A DNA stretch of 60,183 nt from an uncultured Gammaproteobacteria bacterium (lineage in GTDB: Bacteria; Patescibacteriota; Microgenomatia; Levybacterales; GWA1-39-11): assembly GCA_964360265.1 (NCBI GenBank), contig CAYHUY010000002.1:1-60183 (forward strand), read 5' to 3'. Positions 25,015-34,041 of this stretch are shown here, piece by piece. A program made the position numbers and the translations under genes. Numbering within the stretch: the first letter of the stretch is position 1; every line of letters starts with the position of its first letter. Below the pieces are notes generated by a model, which worked only from the letters and a program-made list of their open reading frames with translations, did no database searches and was not told the origin of the DNA.

Positions 25015-25698
25015 ATGGCCGACCCGCATGAACAACTTAGAAGAACTACTTCGATATCTCTTGAGGCCGCGAAAAGAGCGGAACAATCAAAGCGGATAGA
25101 TCTCCTTGACAAACAAAATCCTTTATTTCAAGCACTTTTAACAAGAAGCCCTGCTTTTGCGGAAAGTTTACCTAGTATCTCATTAGATTGGCAGATAATG
25201 TTAAGAAGTTATGGTGTTTCTTTCTTAAAAGATTATCCTTATAACACGCCTTTGTACGGCCTGATTGGGTGGGACGCTTGCCGTCTGATTGTTGATTTAG
25301 ATATGGACCATAATGCCGTAGCCCTAAGATTCCATGCTTATGACAAAACAGGCGACATGACCGTAGAGGAAGGGATGCTTGTGGCTGACGGAAAAGTGAC
25401 AATTCTAAACGAAGGAAGATTCGATATACCATGGAATCCTTATAGAAATATGGTGATGGCGGCAATAGATAAGGCAACCGGGAGAACAGATGATCCCGAA
25501 ACTCTAAGATGCTTATTTGATTACTTCTCCGAAGACATTGGGGCTCTTCCAGGTGTTCGGGATAGCTGCGGAAGTTCTTTTGGTCAATTCGCAACTCATG
25601 CTTACTTTGGAATTCGATCGGGCGAAACGACAATGAACCCTCCCCTTGCTGTGGGCTGGCCCATGACCGAAGGCCACTATCTTCTCTCACATCCCTAG
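25015..25698 (+). CDS. hypothetical protein (orphan, bounded by REP elements)
   Basis: 227-aa ORF with a protein-like composition. The antisense ORF 25172..25741 looks like noise. The stop TAG lies within the CCTAGG arm of REP-D. Confidence 0.55.
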   Translation: MADPHEQLRRTTSISLEAAKRAEQSKRIDLLDKQNPLFQALLTRSPAFAESLPSISLDWQIMLRSYGVSFLKDYPYNTPLYGLIGWDACRLIVDLDMDHNAVALRFHAYDKTGDMTVEEGMLVADGKVTILNEGRFDIPWNPYRNMVMAAIDKATGRTDDPETLRCLFDYFSEDIGALPGVRDSCGSSFGQFATHAYFGIRSGETTMNPPLAVGWPMTEGHYLLSHP

Positions 25699-25746
25699 GT
25701 GGAGCTACAAATCCACCCCCGAGGTGGGATAGATTCGCCACCTAGG
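25694..25746. repeat. REP-like element, family D
   Basis: CCTAGGTGG-agctacaaat-CCACCCCCGAGGTGG-gatagattcg-CCACCTAGG. Confidence 0.75.
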
Positions 25747-25758
25747 AAAATGTAAGCT

Positions 25759-25814
25759 CCCGAGGTGTCAATAGCAGTCCACCTCCGAGGTGTATTAGGT
25801 TGGACACCTCGGGA
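25759..25814. repeat. REP-like element, family C
   Basis: CCCGAGGTG-tcaatagcagt-CCACCTCCGAGGTG-tattaggttgga-CACCTCGGGA. Confidence 0.75.
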
Positions 25815-25851
25815 ATTTTGACCTTATCGTGAAATTTGGTATTATATTTCT

Positions 25852-25953
25852 ATGGAGACGATGAGGAGACATAAGTGGATTTTTAAGGCTATAATTATAA
25901 TTGCGTTTGCGGCAATTATTATCTCTTCCATTCTCCCCTTTTTTGCATATTAA
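25852..25953 (+). CDS. possible 33-aa single-TM micro-protein
   Basis: METMRRHKWIFKAIIIIAFAAIIISSILPFFAY. It is preceded by TTGACC, a 17-nt spacer and ATTATA (25818..25846). It is too short for the ORF track. Confidence 0.35.
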   Translation: METMRRHKWIFKAIIIIAFAAIIISSILPFFAY

Positions 25954-25978
25954 AACTTAAAGTCTTAATATAGGCTTT

Positions 25979-28009
25979 ATGGATGCAAAGACCCCTCTTT
26001 CAACACTTGGTCCTATTTTTAGAATGAAACGAAAGATCTTGTCAAAAGTTGGCCTTGAAACGGTTGAAGACTTTTTATTGTACATACCTTTCCGATATGA
26101 ACAAAATTTGCTTGTTTCAAAAATCAGAGCTCTGCAATTTGGAGAACAAGCAACAATTCAGGGGAAAGTTATTTCTACCGCAAACATTTATACAAGGCGC
26201 CGCAGTCTTACAATCCAAACAGTCACCATAGAGGATGCGACCGAAAAAATAGACGCTATATTCTTTAACCAAAAGTTTATTTTATCCAATATTCACGAGG
26301 GCGATCTTGTATCTTTTGCCGGCCGAGTTGATAAATTCGGAGGCAAGAAAACATTAGCAGTCCGCTCGTATGAAGTATTATCCAAACCAAATTCGGAAGC
26401 TATCCACACAACAGGACTTGTCCCAGTATATTCTGAAACTCGCGGTCTTTTTTCAAAGTGGATTAGAAATCGAATCAGGGGATTACTCGATCAAGTTCAA
26501 ATAGAGGAATATCTCCCTGAATCTGTTCGCACCCAAAATAATTTAGTAGATCTTTCGATAGCTCTCCATAATATCCACTTCCCAAAAACCCTTGAAGAAG
26601 TCGAGAAAGCAAGAATTAGATTGTCATTTGACGAACTTTTAATAAAACACACAGCTGCATTAATCCGCAAAAAAGAGTGGGAGAAAAAAGAAAAAGCGAT
26701 CCCGTTTGATGTCATAAGTCATAAGTTGCAAGTCAATAAATTTATTAAAGACTTGCCTTTCGAATTAACTAAATCTCAAAACAGGGCCATTGATGAAATC
26801 TTTAAAGATCTTTCGAAAAAAACGCCAATGAATAGACTTCTTGAGGGGGATGTGGGATCAGGAAAAACTGTTGTTGCAACAATTGCAGCTTATGTTGCTT
26901 TCTTAAATGGTTTTCAGGCTGCCTTCATGGCGCCAACCGAAATCCTTGCCAACCAACATTTCGCAACAGTTAAATCAATTCTTGCGCCATTCGGCGTCAA
27001 ACTCGAACTCTTCACATCAAGCGAAAAACGACGCGCGAAAGATACGGGAACTTTCGATATTGCCATAGGCACTCATTCTCTTATTGACAGTCGAGTCAAA
27101 TTTAAAAATCTCGGATTTGTAATAATTGACGAGCAACAGAGATTCGGAGTAGAGCAAAGGGCGGTCTTACGTGAAAAAGGAGAAAATCCCCACCTGTTAA
27201 CCATGACCGCAACTCCAATTCCTAGAACAATCTTTTTAACTATTTACTCAGACCTCGCTTTAAGTGTTTTAGATGAAATGCCAAAGGGTAGAAAAGAAAT
27301 TAAAACGTGGGTGGTTCCTGAAGAAAAAAGGGGAAAGGGGTATAGATGGATTTATGAAAAGATTCAATCAGAAAAAAGCCAGGTATTTATTGTATGTCCG
27401 TTTATAGAACCGTCTGAAACTTTGATAACTGTTAAGGCCGCAAAAGAAGAATTCGAAAGATTACAAAAAGAAATTTTCCCAAATTTTAAACTTGGGTTAA
27501 TTCATGGAAAATTAAAAGCTTCGGAAAAGATTTCTGTAATGGAAAAATTTCGAGATGGTTTGATTGATATTTTAGTAGCAACTCCGGTAATTGAAGTTGG
27601 AATTGATATCCCAAATGCGGATATTATGTTAATTGAGGCGGCGGAAAGATTTGGACTTGCTCAACTCCATCAGATGAGAGGCAGAGTGGGAAGGGGCGAT
27701 AAGCAATCATATTGTTTTTTGTTCACGGAAGCAAAAAACGAAAATACGCGCAAACGATTGAGATATTTGCAAACTATAAATAATGGCCCGGAGCTTGCAG
27801 AGGTTGATCTAAAACTTCGCGGGCCCGGTGATATGTTTGGAACAGCCCAACACGGCCTTCCTGACCTTAAAATAGCTTCTTTATCCGATCTTCCAACAAT
27901 CGAACGCGCTCGAGCCTCAGCCGAACATTTATTCGACAAACTAAATAAATATCCTTCCCTCAAACAAAAAATAGAGGAAGCCGACATCCCCAAAATCTCC
28001 CGCGACTAG
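25979..28009 (+). CDS. recG: ATP-dependent DNA helicase RecG
   Basis: OB wedge region, Walker A GDVGSGKT, DEQQRFG, and the motif VI segment QLHQMRGRVGRG. Confidence 0.9.
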   Translation: MDAKTPLSTLGPIFRMKRKILSKVGLETVEDFLLYIPFRYEQNLLVSKIRALQFGEQATIQGKVISTANIYTRRRSLTIQTVTIEDATEKIDAIFFNQKFILSNIHEGDLVSFAGRVDKFGGKKTLAVRSYEVLSKPNSEAIHTTGLVPVYSETRGLFSKWIRNRIRGLLDQVQIEEYLPESVRTQNNLVDLSIALHNIHFPKTLEEVEKARIRLSFDELLIKHTAALIRKKEWEKKEKAIPFDVISHKLQVNKFIKDLPFELTKSQNRAIDEIFKDLSKKTPMNRLLEGDVGSGKTVVATIAAYVAFLNGFQAAFMAPTEILANQHFATVKSILAPFGVKLELFTSSEKRRAKDTGTFDIAIGTHSLIDSRVKFKNLGFVIIDEQQRFGVEQRAVLREKGENPHLLTMTATPIPRTIFLTIYSDLALSVLDEMPKGRKEIKTWVVPEEKRGKGYRWIYEKIQSEKSQVFIVCPFIEPSETLITVKAAKEEFERLQKEIFPNFKLGLIHGKLKASEKISVMEKFRDGLIDILVATPVIEVGIDIPNADIMLIEAAERFGLAQLHQMRGRVGRGDKQSYCFLFTEAKNENTRKRLRYLQTINNGPELAEVDLKLRGPGDMFGTAQHGLPDLKIASLSDLPTIERARASAEHLFDKLNKYPSLKQKIEEADIPKISRD

Positions 28010-28021
28010 CGCTTAGACTTT

Positions 28022-28775
28022 CCCTGTGTGTAAGCACAAACCACACCGGGTGTGTAGTAGCTTTACACAACGGGATTTTTGTGCTTTCATATTAATATGC
28101 CCATAAGAACTACACCACTGGCGAATGGGGAATATTATCACATAATAAATAGGGGGGTTGCCCAGATACCAATATTTCTTAACGCACGAGATTATCAAAG
28201 ATTTATAGAGACCTTCACTTATTATATGAATGGAAAAATAACTACTCGTTATTCCTTGTCTGATAACAAACCCAAGCATGACCCTGCAAACCAAATAGTT
28301 GAAGTCGTTAACTATTGTCTTATGCCAAATCACTTTCACTTTTTACTAAAACAAAACGAGGATGAAGGAATAAGAAACTTTATTCGTAAAGCAACTAATA
28401 GTTATGCAAAATATTTCAATATTAAGCGCAAGCGAAAGGGTCCATTATTTGAAGGTACATTTAAAGCGGTTAGAGTTGCTACTAATGAACAATTGCTTCA
28501 CTTATCAAGGTACATACATTTGAATCCACTTATTGGCTACGCTACCAAAAATCTAAATTCCTATAAATGGTCTTCGTATCCTGAGTTTTTAGGGAATTAT
28601 GAATTGCAAATTTGTTCGAAAGATATAATATTAGAGCAGTTTAAATCTTCAAAAGATTACGAGTTATTCGTTTTGGATCATATAGACTACGCAAAAAGAT
28701 TAGATCAAATAAAGCATCAACTTTTAGAAGAAGCCTGATTCCGGGTGTGCAAGCACAAAACACACCCGGTGTGTA
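28022..28775 (+). mobile_element. second RAYT unit with its own REP family (B)
   Basis: Left flank is CCCTGTGTG-taagcacaaac-CACACCGGGTGTG-tagtagcttta-CACAACGGGA. Right flank is CCGGGTGTG-caagcacaaaa-CACACCCGGTGTG. Both have the same orientation. Confidence 0.75.
28097..28738 (+). CDS. REP-associated tyrosine transposase (RAYT), paralog of 2246..2923
   Basis: YCLMPNHFHFLLKQ (HUH) and SRYIHLNPL (catalytic Tyr). The ATG at 28097 is preferred over the upstream TTG. Confidence 0.85.
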   Translation: MPIRTTPLANGEYYHIINRGVAQIPIFLNARDYQRFIETFTYYMNGKITTRYSLSDNKPKHDPANQIVEVVNYCLMPNHFHFLLKQNEDEGIRNFIRKATNSYAKYFNIKRKRKGPLFEGTFKAVRVATNEQLLHLSRYIHLNPLIGYATKNLNSYKWSSYPEFLGNYELQICSKDIILEQFKSSKDYELFVLDHIDYAKRLDQIKHQLLEEA

Positions 28776-28802
28776 TTAATGCTTAAGAGACTACATTACC
28801 AA

Positions 28803-29237
28803 TTATGTTTCACCAGTAAATTCTACTCTTCTGGTTTTGAGGTCTATGCTATATGCTCTATTGGAAAATAATATACCTGCCCATGTTTCACCATCTGCCC
28901 TGTAAGTGCTCCAGACTGTTTCATTTCTGGAGCAGTGTTTCAAAAGTTCAAGTCTTCCCTCGCGAGTGTCTTTATAAACGGGGCTTATTGGAACATTTCC
29001 GAATGAAGTATACACACAAATGCCTATCTGATCGTCCGGGACATCAGAAAAATCAGGCATTAATCCAGTTGTTTCGCCTACATCCTCAGGCCGTCTCCTT
29101 CTTAAGGGTAAATATTTACCTTCTGTATCTTTAGGATGCTCCCATTCAAGAGGAACAAACCTTATTATTGCTCGACCGGATCTCTCGGTTGCATATCTCT
29201 CCATATTTTCTCTGCCGTTGTATCTATTCTCTACCAT
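28803..29237 (-). CDS. hypothetical protein
   Basis: 144-aa ORF with no recognisable motif, next to RAYT unit B. Confidence 0.5.
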   Translation of the reverse strand: MVENRYNGRENMERYATERSGRAIIRFVPLEWEHPKDTEGKYLPLRRRRPEDVGETTGLMPDFSDVPDDQIGICVYTSFGNVPISPVYKDTREGRLELLKHCSRNETVWSTYRADGETWAGILFSNRAYSIDLKTRRVEFTGET

Positions 29238-29280
29238 GCATACGGGATTTTAACAAAAGAGTAGCGGGGTATCAAGCTTA

Positions 29281-29309
29281 TTGCGGATTGAGGGTATTTC
29301 GATTATAAT
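29281..29309 (+). promoter_or_regulatory. sigma70-type promoter for the rpmF-nusB-rnc operon
   Basis: TTGCGG, 17-nt spacer, TATAAT. Confidence 0.55.
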
Positions 29310-29352
29310 TACACCTAGTAGATAGTATGTGATATCTAGTTGCTACCGAACT

Positions 29353-29523
29353 ATGCCGCAAGAACCAAAGAAAAGACATTCTAGTCAACGTCAGGGAAAG
29401 CGAAGAGCAGCAATTAAGCTTGGGCTGCCGTCAATGACTGTATGCAAAAATTGTGGATCAACAATACTTTCACATATGGTTTGCCGGGCGTGCGGATACT
29501 ATAAGGGGCAAAAAGTAGTATAG
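29353..29523 (+). CDS. rpmF: 50S ribosomal protein L32
   Basis: MPQEPKKRHSSQRQGKRRA...CKNCGS...CRACGYYKG has the zinc-ribbon L32 pattern. Confidence 0.85.
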   Translation: MPQEPKKRHSSQRQGKRRAAIKLGLPSMTVCKNCGSTILSHMVCRACGYYKGQKVV

Positions 29524-29536
29524 GAAGAGGGAATTT

Positions 29537-29905
29537 ATGAAAACCTCAAATGACCCACGTCACAAAAAAAGACAGGAAATAATAAAAAATCTTTTTACCC
29601 AAAGCTTTCTTAAACAACCAACCGCAAATCCAATCATCCAAAAAATCCTTGATAATCAAACTTCCATTGATGATAAAATAAGATCAATCGCACCCGAGTT
29701 TCCAATAGAAAAAATAAATAAAACCGACTTGGCAATTTTAAGGCTCGGTGTGTACGAACTAACAATTGATCTCTCTCAACCCAAGAAAGTGGTAATTGAT
29801 GAGGCGATAGAGTTGGCAAAAGAATTTGGAGGAGAAAATTCGGCGGGCTTTATAAATGGGGCCCTAGGAAAACTCGTTCGCGATATCAAGAATGAAAATA
29901 CCTAA
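29537..29905 (+). CDS. nusB: transcription antitermination factor NusB
   Basis: 122 aa. DLAILRLGVYEL...VVIDEAIELAKEFGGENSAGFINGALGK is the typical NusB C-terminal half. Confidence 0.8.
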   Translation: MKTSNDPRHKKRQEIIKNLFTQSFLKQPTANPIIQKILDNQTSIDDKIRSIAPEFPIEKINKTDLAILRLGVYELTIDLSQPKKVVIDEAIELAKEFGGENSAGFINGALGKLVRDIKNENT

Positions 29906-30554
29906 ATTTAAAAACGAAAAAATCCTGGAACAGGTTTTCATGCACAGATCGTTTCTTAATGAAACGAGTGAAAATGTTGCATCAAACGAAAGATTAGAAT
30001 TTTTAGGCGACAGCGTACTGTCGCTTGTTGTTTCAAGTTACATTTTTAATCAACACAAAAATTCCTCCGAAGGACAACTTACTAATATACGCTCCGTACT
30101 AACCAATACTGAAACGCTTTATGAGGTTGGTCGCAGCTTAAATCTAGGAGATAGACTTATTATGTCAAAAGGTGAAGAGCAATCCGGTGGAAGAATCAAC
30201 AAAACAATCCTTGCAAACACCTACGAGGCAGTTATTGGTGGGCTATATCTTGATCAAGGACTTGCGGCGGTTGCAAAATTTATTGAAACAACGCTTCTTT
30301 CTCAAGCAGATGAACTAATTAAAACTCAGGGTTTAAAAGACCCTAAAAGTAAACTACAAGAAAAACTACAGGAAACTTACAGGAATTCACCAACTTATAA
30401 GGTCCTAACAGAGGAGGGCCCGGATCACAATAAGCTTTATACGGTTGGCGTTTATATAGAAGAGAAATTGCTTGCTGAAGGCACAGGACCATCAAAACAA
30501 GACGCGGAAAAAGCCGCGGCAAGAAGTGCCCTAGGGATACTTTTAATTGACTAA
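29892..30554 (+). CDS. rnc: ribonuclease III
   Basis: Signature ERLEFLGDSVL, then NTYEAVIGGLYLD and a C-terminal dsRBD. Confidence 0.9.
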   Translation: MKIPKFKNEKILEQVFMHRSFLNETSENVASNERLEFLGDSVLSLVVSSYIFNQHKNSSEGQLTNIRSVLTNTETLYEVGRSLNLGDRLIMSKGEEQSGGRINKTILANTYEAVIGGLYLDQGLAAVAKFIETTLLSQADELIKTQGLKDPKSKLQEKLQETYRNSPTYKVLTEEGPDHNKLYTVGVYIEEKLLAEGTGPSKQDAEKAAARSALGILLID

Positions 30555-30585
30555 AGCTGCCAAAAATGATAAACTCTCATGCGTT

Positions 30586-30855
30586 GTGTCATTAGTTATT
30601 AGATTTTCAAAAATTGGAAGAAAAGGTGAAGCAAAGTTTAGAATTGTTGTGAAAGAAAAACGCAGCAAAAGGGATGGTGCTGCAATAGATTCAATTGGTT
30701 TTTACAATAAAGGCCTCAAAGACTCAATTCTTAATCTCGACCACGATAGACTCTCCTACTGGAAAAGGCAAGGCGCAATGGTTTCCCCTTCTCTTGAAAA
30801 AGCACTCGCAGGTCCAAAGTCTCATTTGGTAAAAAACAATAAGACAGGCGCTTAA
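30586..30855 (+). CDS. rpsP: 30S ribosomal protein S16
   Basis: (V)SLVIRFSKIGRKGEAKFRIVVKEKRSKRDGAAIDSIGFYN. The GTG start at 30586 is inferred; the track ORF begins at a TTG at 30547, inside rnc. Confidence 0.8.
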   Translation: MSLVIRFSKIGRKGEAKFRIVVKEKRSKRDGAAIDSIGFYNKGLKDSILNLDHDRLSYWKRQGAMVSPSLEKALAGPKSHLVKNNKTGA

Positions 30856-30870
30856 TTAAGATAACACGAC

Positions 30871-31098
30871 ATGGAAGATCTCCTATCTCATATAATATCA
30901 GGCATTACCGGTAAGCCAGCGGATGTTAGGCAAGAATCTCAGGATGGTTTTACGGTCTTTCAAGTAAACATACCAAAAGATCAAGTAGGAATAATCATTG
31001 GCCGTGGTGGAAAAACTATTAATGCAATTAAAAACGTACTTAAAATCAGAGCTATAAAAGAAGGAACCCGGGTAGACATTCAAGTCAACGAGGCCTAA
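30871..31098 (+). CDS. KH-domain RNA-binding protein (YlqC-like)
   Basis: 75 aa with the GIIIGRGGKTINAIK GXXG loop, in the conserved position after rpsP. Confidence 0.8.
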   Translation: MEDLLSHIISGITGKPADVRQESQDGFTVFQVNIPKDQVGIIIGRGGKTINAIKNVLKIRAIKEGTRVDIQVNEA

Positions 31099-31107
31099 AT
31101 TTTCTAC

Positions 31108-31803
31108 ATGTTCGTATCAATCATCACTTTATTTCCTCATTTCTTTGATCCTATAATTTCATCATCCATCCTTAAAAGAGCTCAAGATAACAAAAAACTT
31201 AAATTCAAACTTATAAATTTAAGGGATTATGGAATCGGTAAACATAAGGTTGTTGATGATAAACCTTATGGTGGCGGAACGGGCATGGTCTTGCGAGTGG
31301 ATGTTCTGAATAGCGCTATCGTGGCCGCAAAAATGCAGCACAAAAAAGGGGCCGTAATTCTAATCGACCCAAAAGGAAAGCTTTTTAATCAAGGCATGGC
31401 CGAAAAATTATCAAATTTTGAGCATTTGATTCTTGTCTGTGGACACTATGAAGGGGTGGACGAGCGAATTCGCGATCTTATTGATTATGAAATTTCAATT
31501 GGCGATTATATCCTATCCGGCGGAGAAATTCCGGCAATGATCATAGTTGATGCCATCGCAAGACTCGTCCCGGGAGTTCTTGAAAAAGAAGCAGTCACCA
31601 TTGAATCCTTTTCAAGAGGAAACCATGGTAGAATTCTTGAGTACCCGCAATATACAAGACCCCGTACTTACAAAAAAATAAACGTTCCCGATGTACTATT
31701 GTCCGGTGATTTTAAAAAAATAGAGCAGTACAGAACAGAACAAGCACTTAAAATTACAAAAGAAAAACGCCCAAATCTTATCAAGCAAAAAGCGGCAATC
31801 TAA
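31108..31803 (+). CDS. trmD: tRNA (guanine37-N1)-methyltransferase
   Basis: DDKPYGGGTGMVL and CGHYEGVDERI...ISIGDYILSGGE are the TrmD signature. Confidence 0.9.
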   Translation: MFVSIITLFPHFFDPIISSSILKRAQDNKKLKFKLINLRDYGIGKHKVVDDKPYGGGTGMVLRVDVLNSAIVAAKMQHKKGAVILIDPKGKLFNQGMAEKLSNFEHLILVCGHYEGVDERIRDLIDYEISIGDYILSGGEIPAMIIVDAIARLVPGVLEKEAVTIESFSRGNHGRILEYPQYTRPRTYKKINVPDVLLSGDFKKIEQYRTEQALKITKEKRPNLIKQKAAI

Positions 31804-31819
31804 AAAATAAAAACATTTC

Positions 31820-32464
31820 TTATTGTTCCCATTCCCTCAATTGATTAATAAGGTTTAAGTCTGACTGACTCAAGGGCGCAACAGTAGTCTGGCTTGAAAT
31901 TTTAGATATGTCATGCGGTTTATAATAAAAACTTAATTCGTATGCTCCATCAATTCCATTTGTATCAATCTTCTTAATTTCTGATAACGGAAGTCTTTTT
32001 TGCATTTCATTTGAAAAACTAACAAAACCAGATGAAGAAGAGGCTGAAACTCGTACGATTACCTCAACTTCCGGCACTCCCAAAGTTGTGTTTGCTTCTT
32101 CCGCCTTTCCGTAAAGTCTTCCTATCTTTAAAGAGAAATCTCGAATATTGGTCTCGGAGGCTGCGGCGGCTGATGTCAGCGCTGTGAATATAAGAGAAAT
32201 ATCTTTTGCTGTGGGGAGGGCCTTTGTTGTTGTTGAGAGATTTGATGAAACCTCGTTTTCGTTAAGACTCGAAAGCAATTTCAAAGTTTGCGCAAGACTA
32301 TCTACTTCCTGTTGTTTTGCAGAAATTGTCTTATTCGCTTCTGATATTGAAGAGACTTGAGGAATAATTATTCCAAAAATGATAAAAAATGAAAGACCTA
32401 TAAAAACTACGGGTATTATTTGTCTTTTATGCTTTACGTAAATTATACTTAATTTTTCTTTCAT
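31820..32464 (-). CDS. PilO-like pilus assembly membrane protein
   Basis: A single N-terminal TM segment, then a coiled region, and last position in the pilM-pilN-x operon. The call rests on context. Confidence 0.5.
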   Translation of the reverse strand: MKEKLSIIYVKHKRQIIPVVFIGLSFFIIFGIIIPQVSSISEANKTISAKQQEVDSLAQTLKLLSSLNENEVSSNLSTTTKALPTAKDISLIFTALTSAAAASETNIRDFSLKIGRLYGKAEEANTTLGVPEVEVIVRVSASSSSGFVSFSNEMQKRLPLSEIKKIDTNGIDGAYELSFYYKPHDISKISSQTTVAPLSQSDLNLINQLREWEQ

Positions 32465-32470
32465 ATATGC

Positions 32471-33010
32471 TTATTGCTTTGCTTGCGTAAAAAGAAAGTT
32501 AATTGAAAGTAAATACTCCGTTCTTTCTTGCAGAAAAGACTCTATCTCAATAACTTTCAATCCTAATTTATTGTCTTTAGTGGCACGAGGAATATCTTCC
32601 TCAAGAAAGGAATCCAGAGAGACAAGACTAGTTGAGGAAATTCCAATTGAGATCTTATCCTTATCTGTATTTATTGTCTTTACTGTAAGACTTTGGGGTA
32701 TTATTGAAAGAACGGATTGCATCTTGGCATCTATTTTGGATCGACTTGAAAGAACTTTTTTTATCGAATTCAGTCTTTCGCTTATCAACAATAAATTTCC
32801 TTTTTCTTTAGAAAATGGTGAAAGCTCTTGTGATAAACGAGATACTTCCTTAGAGAGATTTGTTGATTTAACGTTTAATAAAATAGAATAAGCAATTAGT
32901 GCGACGGCAAGAGCAAAAAAAATCGAAAAAATAATAAAGGATAATAATGAAATTTTGTGAAAATCTGTTTTTTGTTTTTTTTCTGTCGCAAGATTTACGT
33001 CTGTTTTCAT
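32471..33010 (-). CDS. PilN-like pilus assembly protein
   Basis: Short cytoplasmic N-terminus, one TM segment and a periplasmic domain. It overlaps the pilM stop by 4 nt. Confidence 0.55.
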   Translation of the reverse strand: MKTDVNLATEKKQKTDFHKISLLSFIIFSIFFALAVALIAYSILLNVKSTNLSKEVSRLSQELSPFSKEKGNLLLISERLNSIKKVLSSRSKIDAKMQSVLSIIPQSLTVKTINTDKDKISIGISSTSLVSLDSFLEEDIPRATKDNKLGLKVIEIESFLQERTEYLLSINFLFTQAKQ

Positions 33011-34041
33011 GATGTAATATTTCTTACCGCAAGACCCACAACAACGTTATATGATGGACCCTCAATCTGTAATTCATTAGGAACATTGCCTATATTGTTC
33101 GCCGAAAATGCGCTACCAAGCACCAATTGTGTTCCTAAAGCATTCGTGAAGTACGCATCAATTCCAGGCAAAAGTGCCGTTCCTCCTGATAAAATTATTT
33201 GCCTAATAGATTCGCTATTGTTTTTTTCTTTAAAAAGGAGCGTCGCTTTCCTGATGTCTCCTATTATTGACTCAAGAATTGGTGATAGTGCGCGACCAAT
33301 TTTCCCTTCAAAGGCATCCTTATTTAATCCGTATGCCTTCTTATAACTATCTGCTTGGGCAACGTCTATTCCAAGATCAATTGCTATTGCGCGAGATATA
33401 GCAAGCCCTCCGGCCGCAACCGAGATAACCATCTTAATTGTCCCACTCTTAACTATTGCAATGCTTGTAGTTGTTGCTCCAAGATGAACTAGAATATTTG
33501 ACTGCGCTTTATCGACCAAAGGAAATAGTGATCTATGTACAGAAATAATTTCTGTCTCTATTACTTCGGCTGTCAATCCAATCATTTCCATAACTTTTTC
33601 ATACTTTTGTAAGGTTTGGAGGGGTGCCGCAACAAGCATAACATCCATTGTTTTTTGGCCCTCATTATCGCTTCTTCCCAGCACTTGCCAGTCCGTCTTT
33701 ACCTTATCTAATGGTAGGGGAATATATTGCTCCATCTCAAATTTAAGCGCTGCAGTTAATTCCTGATCAGACAATTCAGGCATTTCTATTACCCTAGTGT
33801 AAACTTGAGACTCAGGAATTGAGAGCGCAACTCTATTAGTTTTTATGTTTGCAGATGTTAGCATCTGCTTTATTACATCGGCAAGTGTTTGTAGATCTAT
33901 TAAGGATTCCGACAATATTCCTCTTGCAGATGATGGAGCCACTGCAATTGACTCAAGCGACAAAGCACCAGCGACATTTTTAATGGAAGCAACTTTTATG
34001 GATGCTGTGCCAATGTCAAGCCCAAATAACTTTGGTTTCAT
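33007..34041 (-). CDS. pilM: type IV pilus assembly protein PilM (actin-like ATPase fold)
   Basis: FGLDIGTASIKVA phosphate-1 motif, HLGATTTSIAIV, and ILSGGTALLPG. Confidence 0.8.
   Translation of the reverse strand: MKPKLFGLDIGTASIKVASIKNVAGALSLESIAVAPSSARGILSESLIDLQTLADVIKQMLTSANIKTNRVALSIPESQVYTRVIEMPELSDQELTAALKFEMEQYIPLPLDKVKTDWQVLGRSDNEGQKTMDVMLVAAPLQTLQKYEKVMEMIGLTAEVIETEIISVHRSLFPLVDKAQSNILVHLGATTTSIAIVKSGTIKMVISVAAGGLAISRAIAIDLGIDVAQADSYKKAYGLNKDAFEGKIGRALSPILESIIGDIRKATLLFKEKNNSESIRQIILSGGTALLPGIDAYFTNALGTQLVLGSAFSANNIGNVPNELQIEGPSYNVVVGLAVRNITS

Noticed and set aside
25172-25741. 189-aa minus-strand ORF antisense to 25015..25698.
   Set aside because: Its composition is low-complexity and Arg/Leu/Ser-rich, typical of antisense frames. 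The plus-strand frame is longer and more protein-like.
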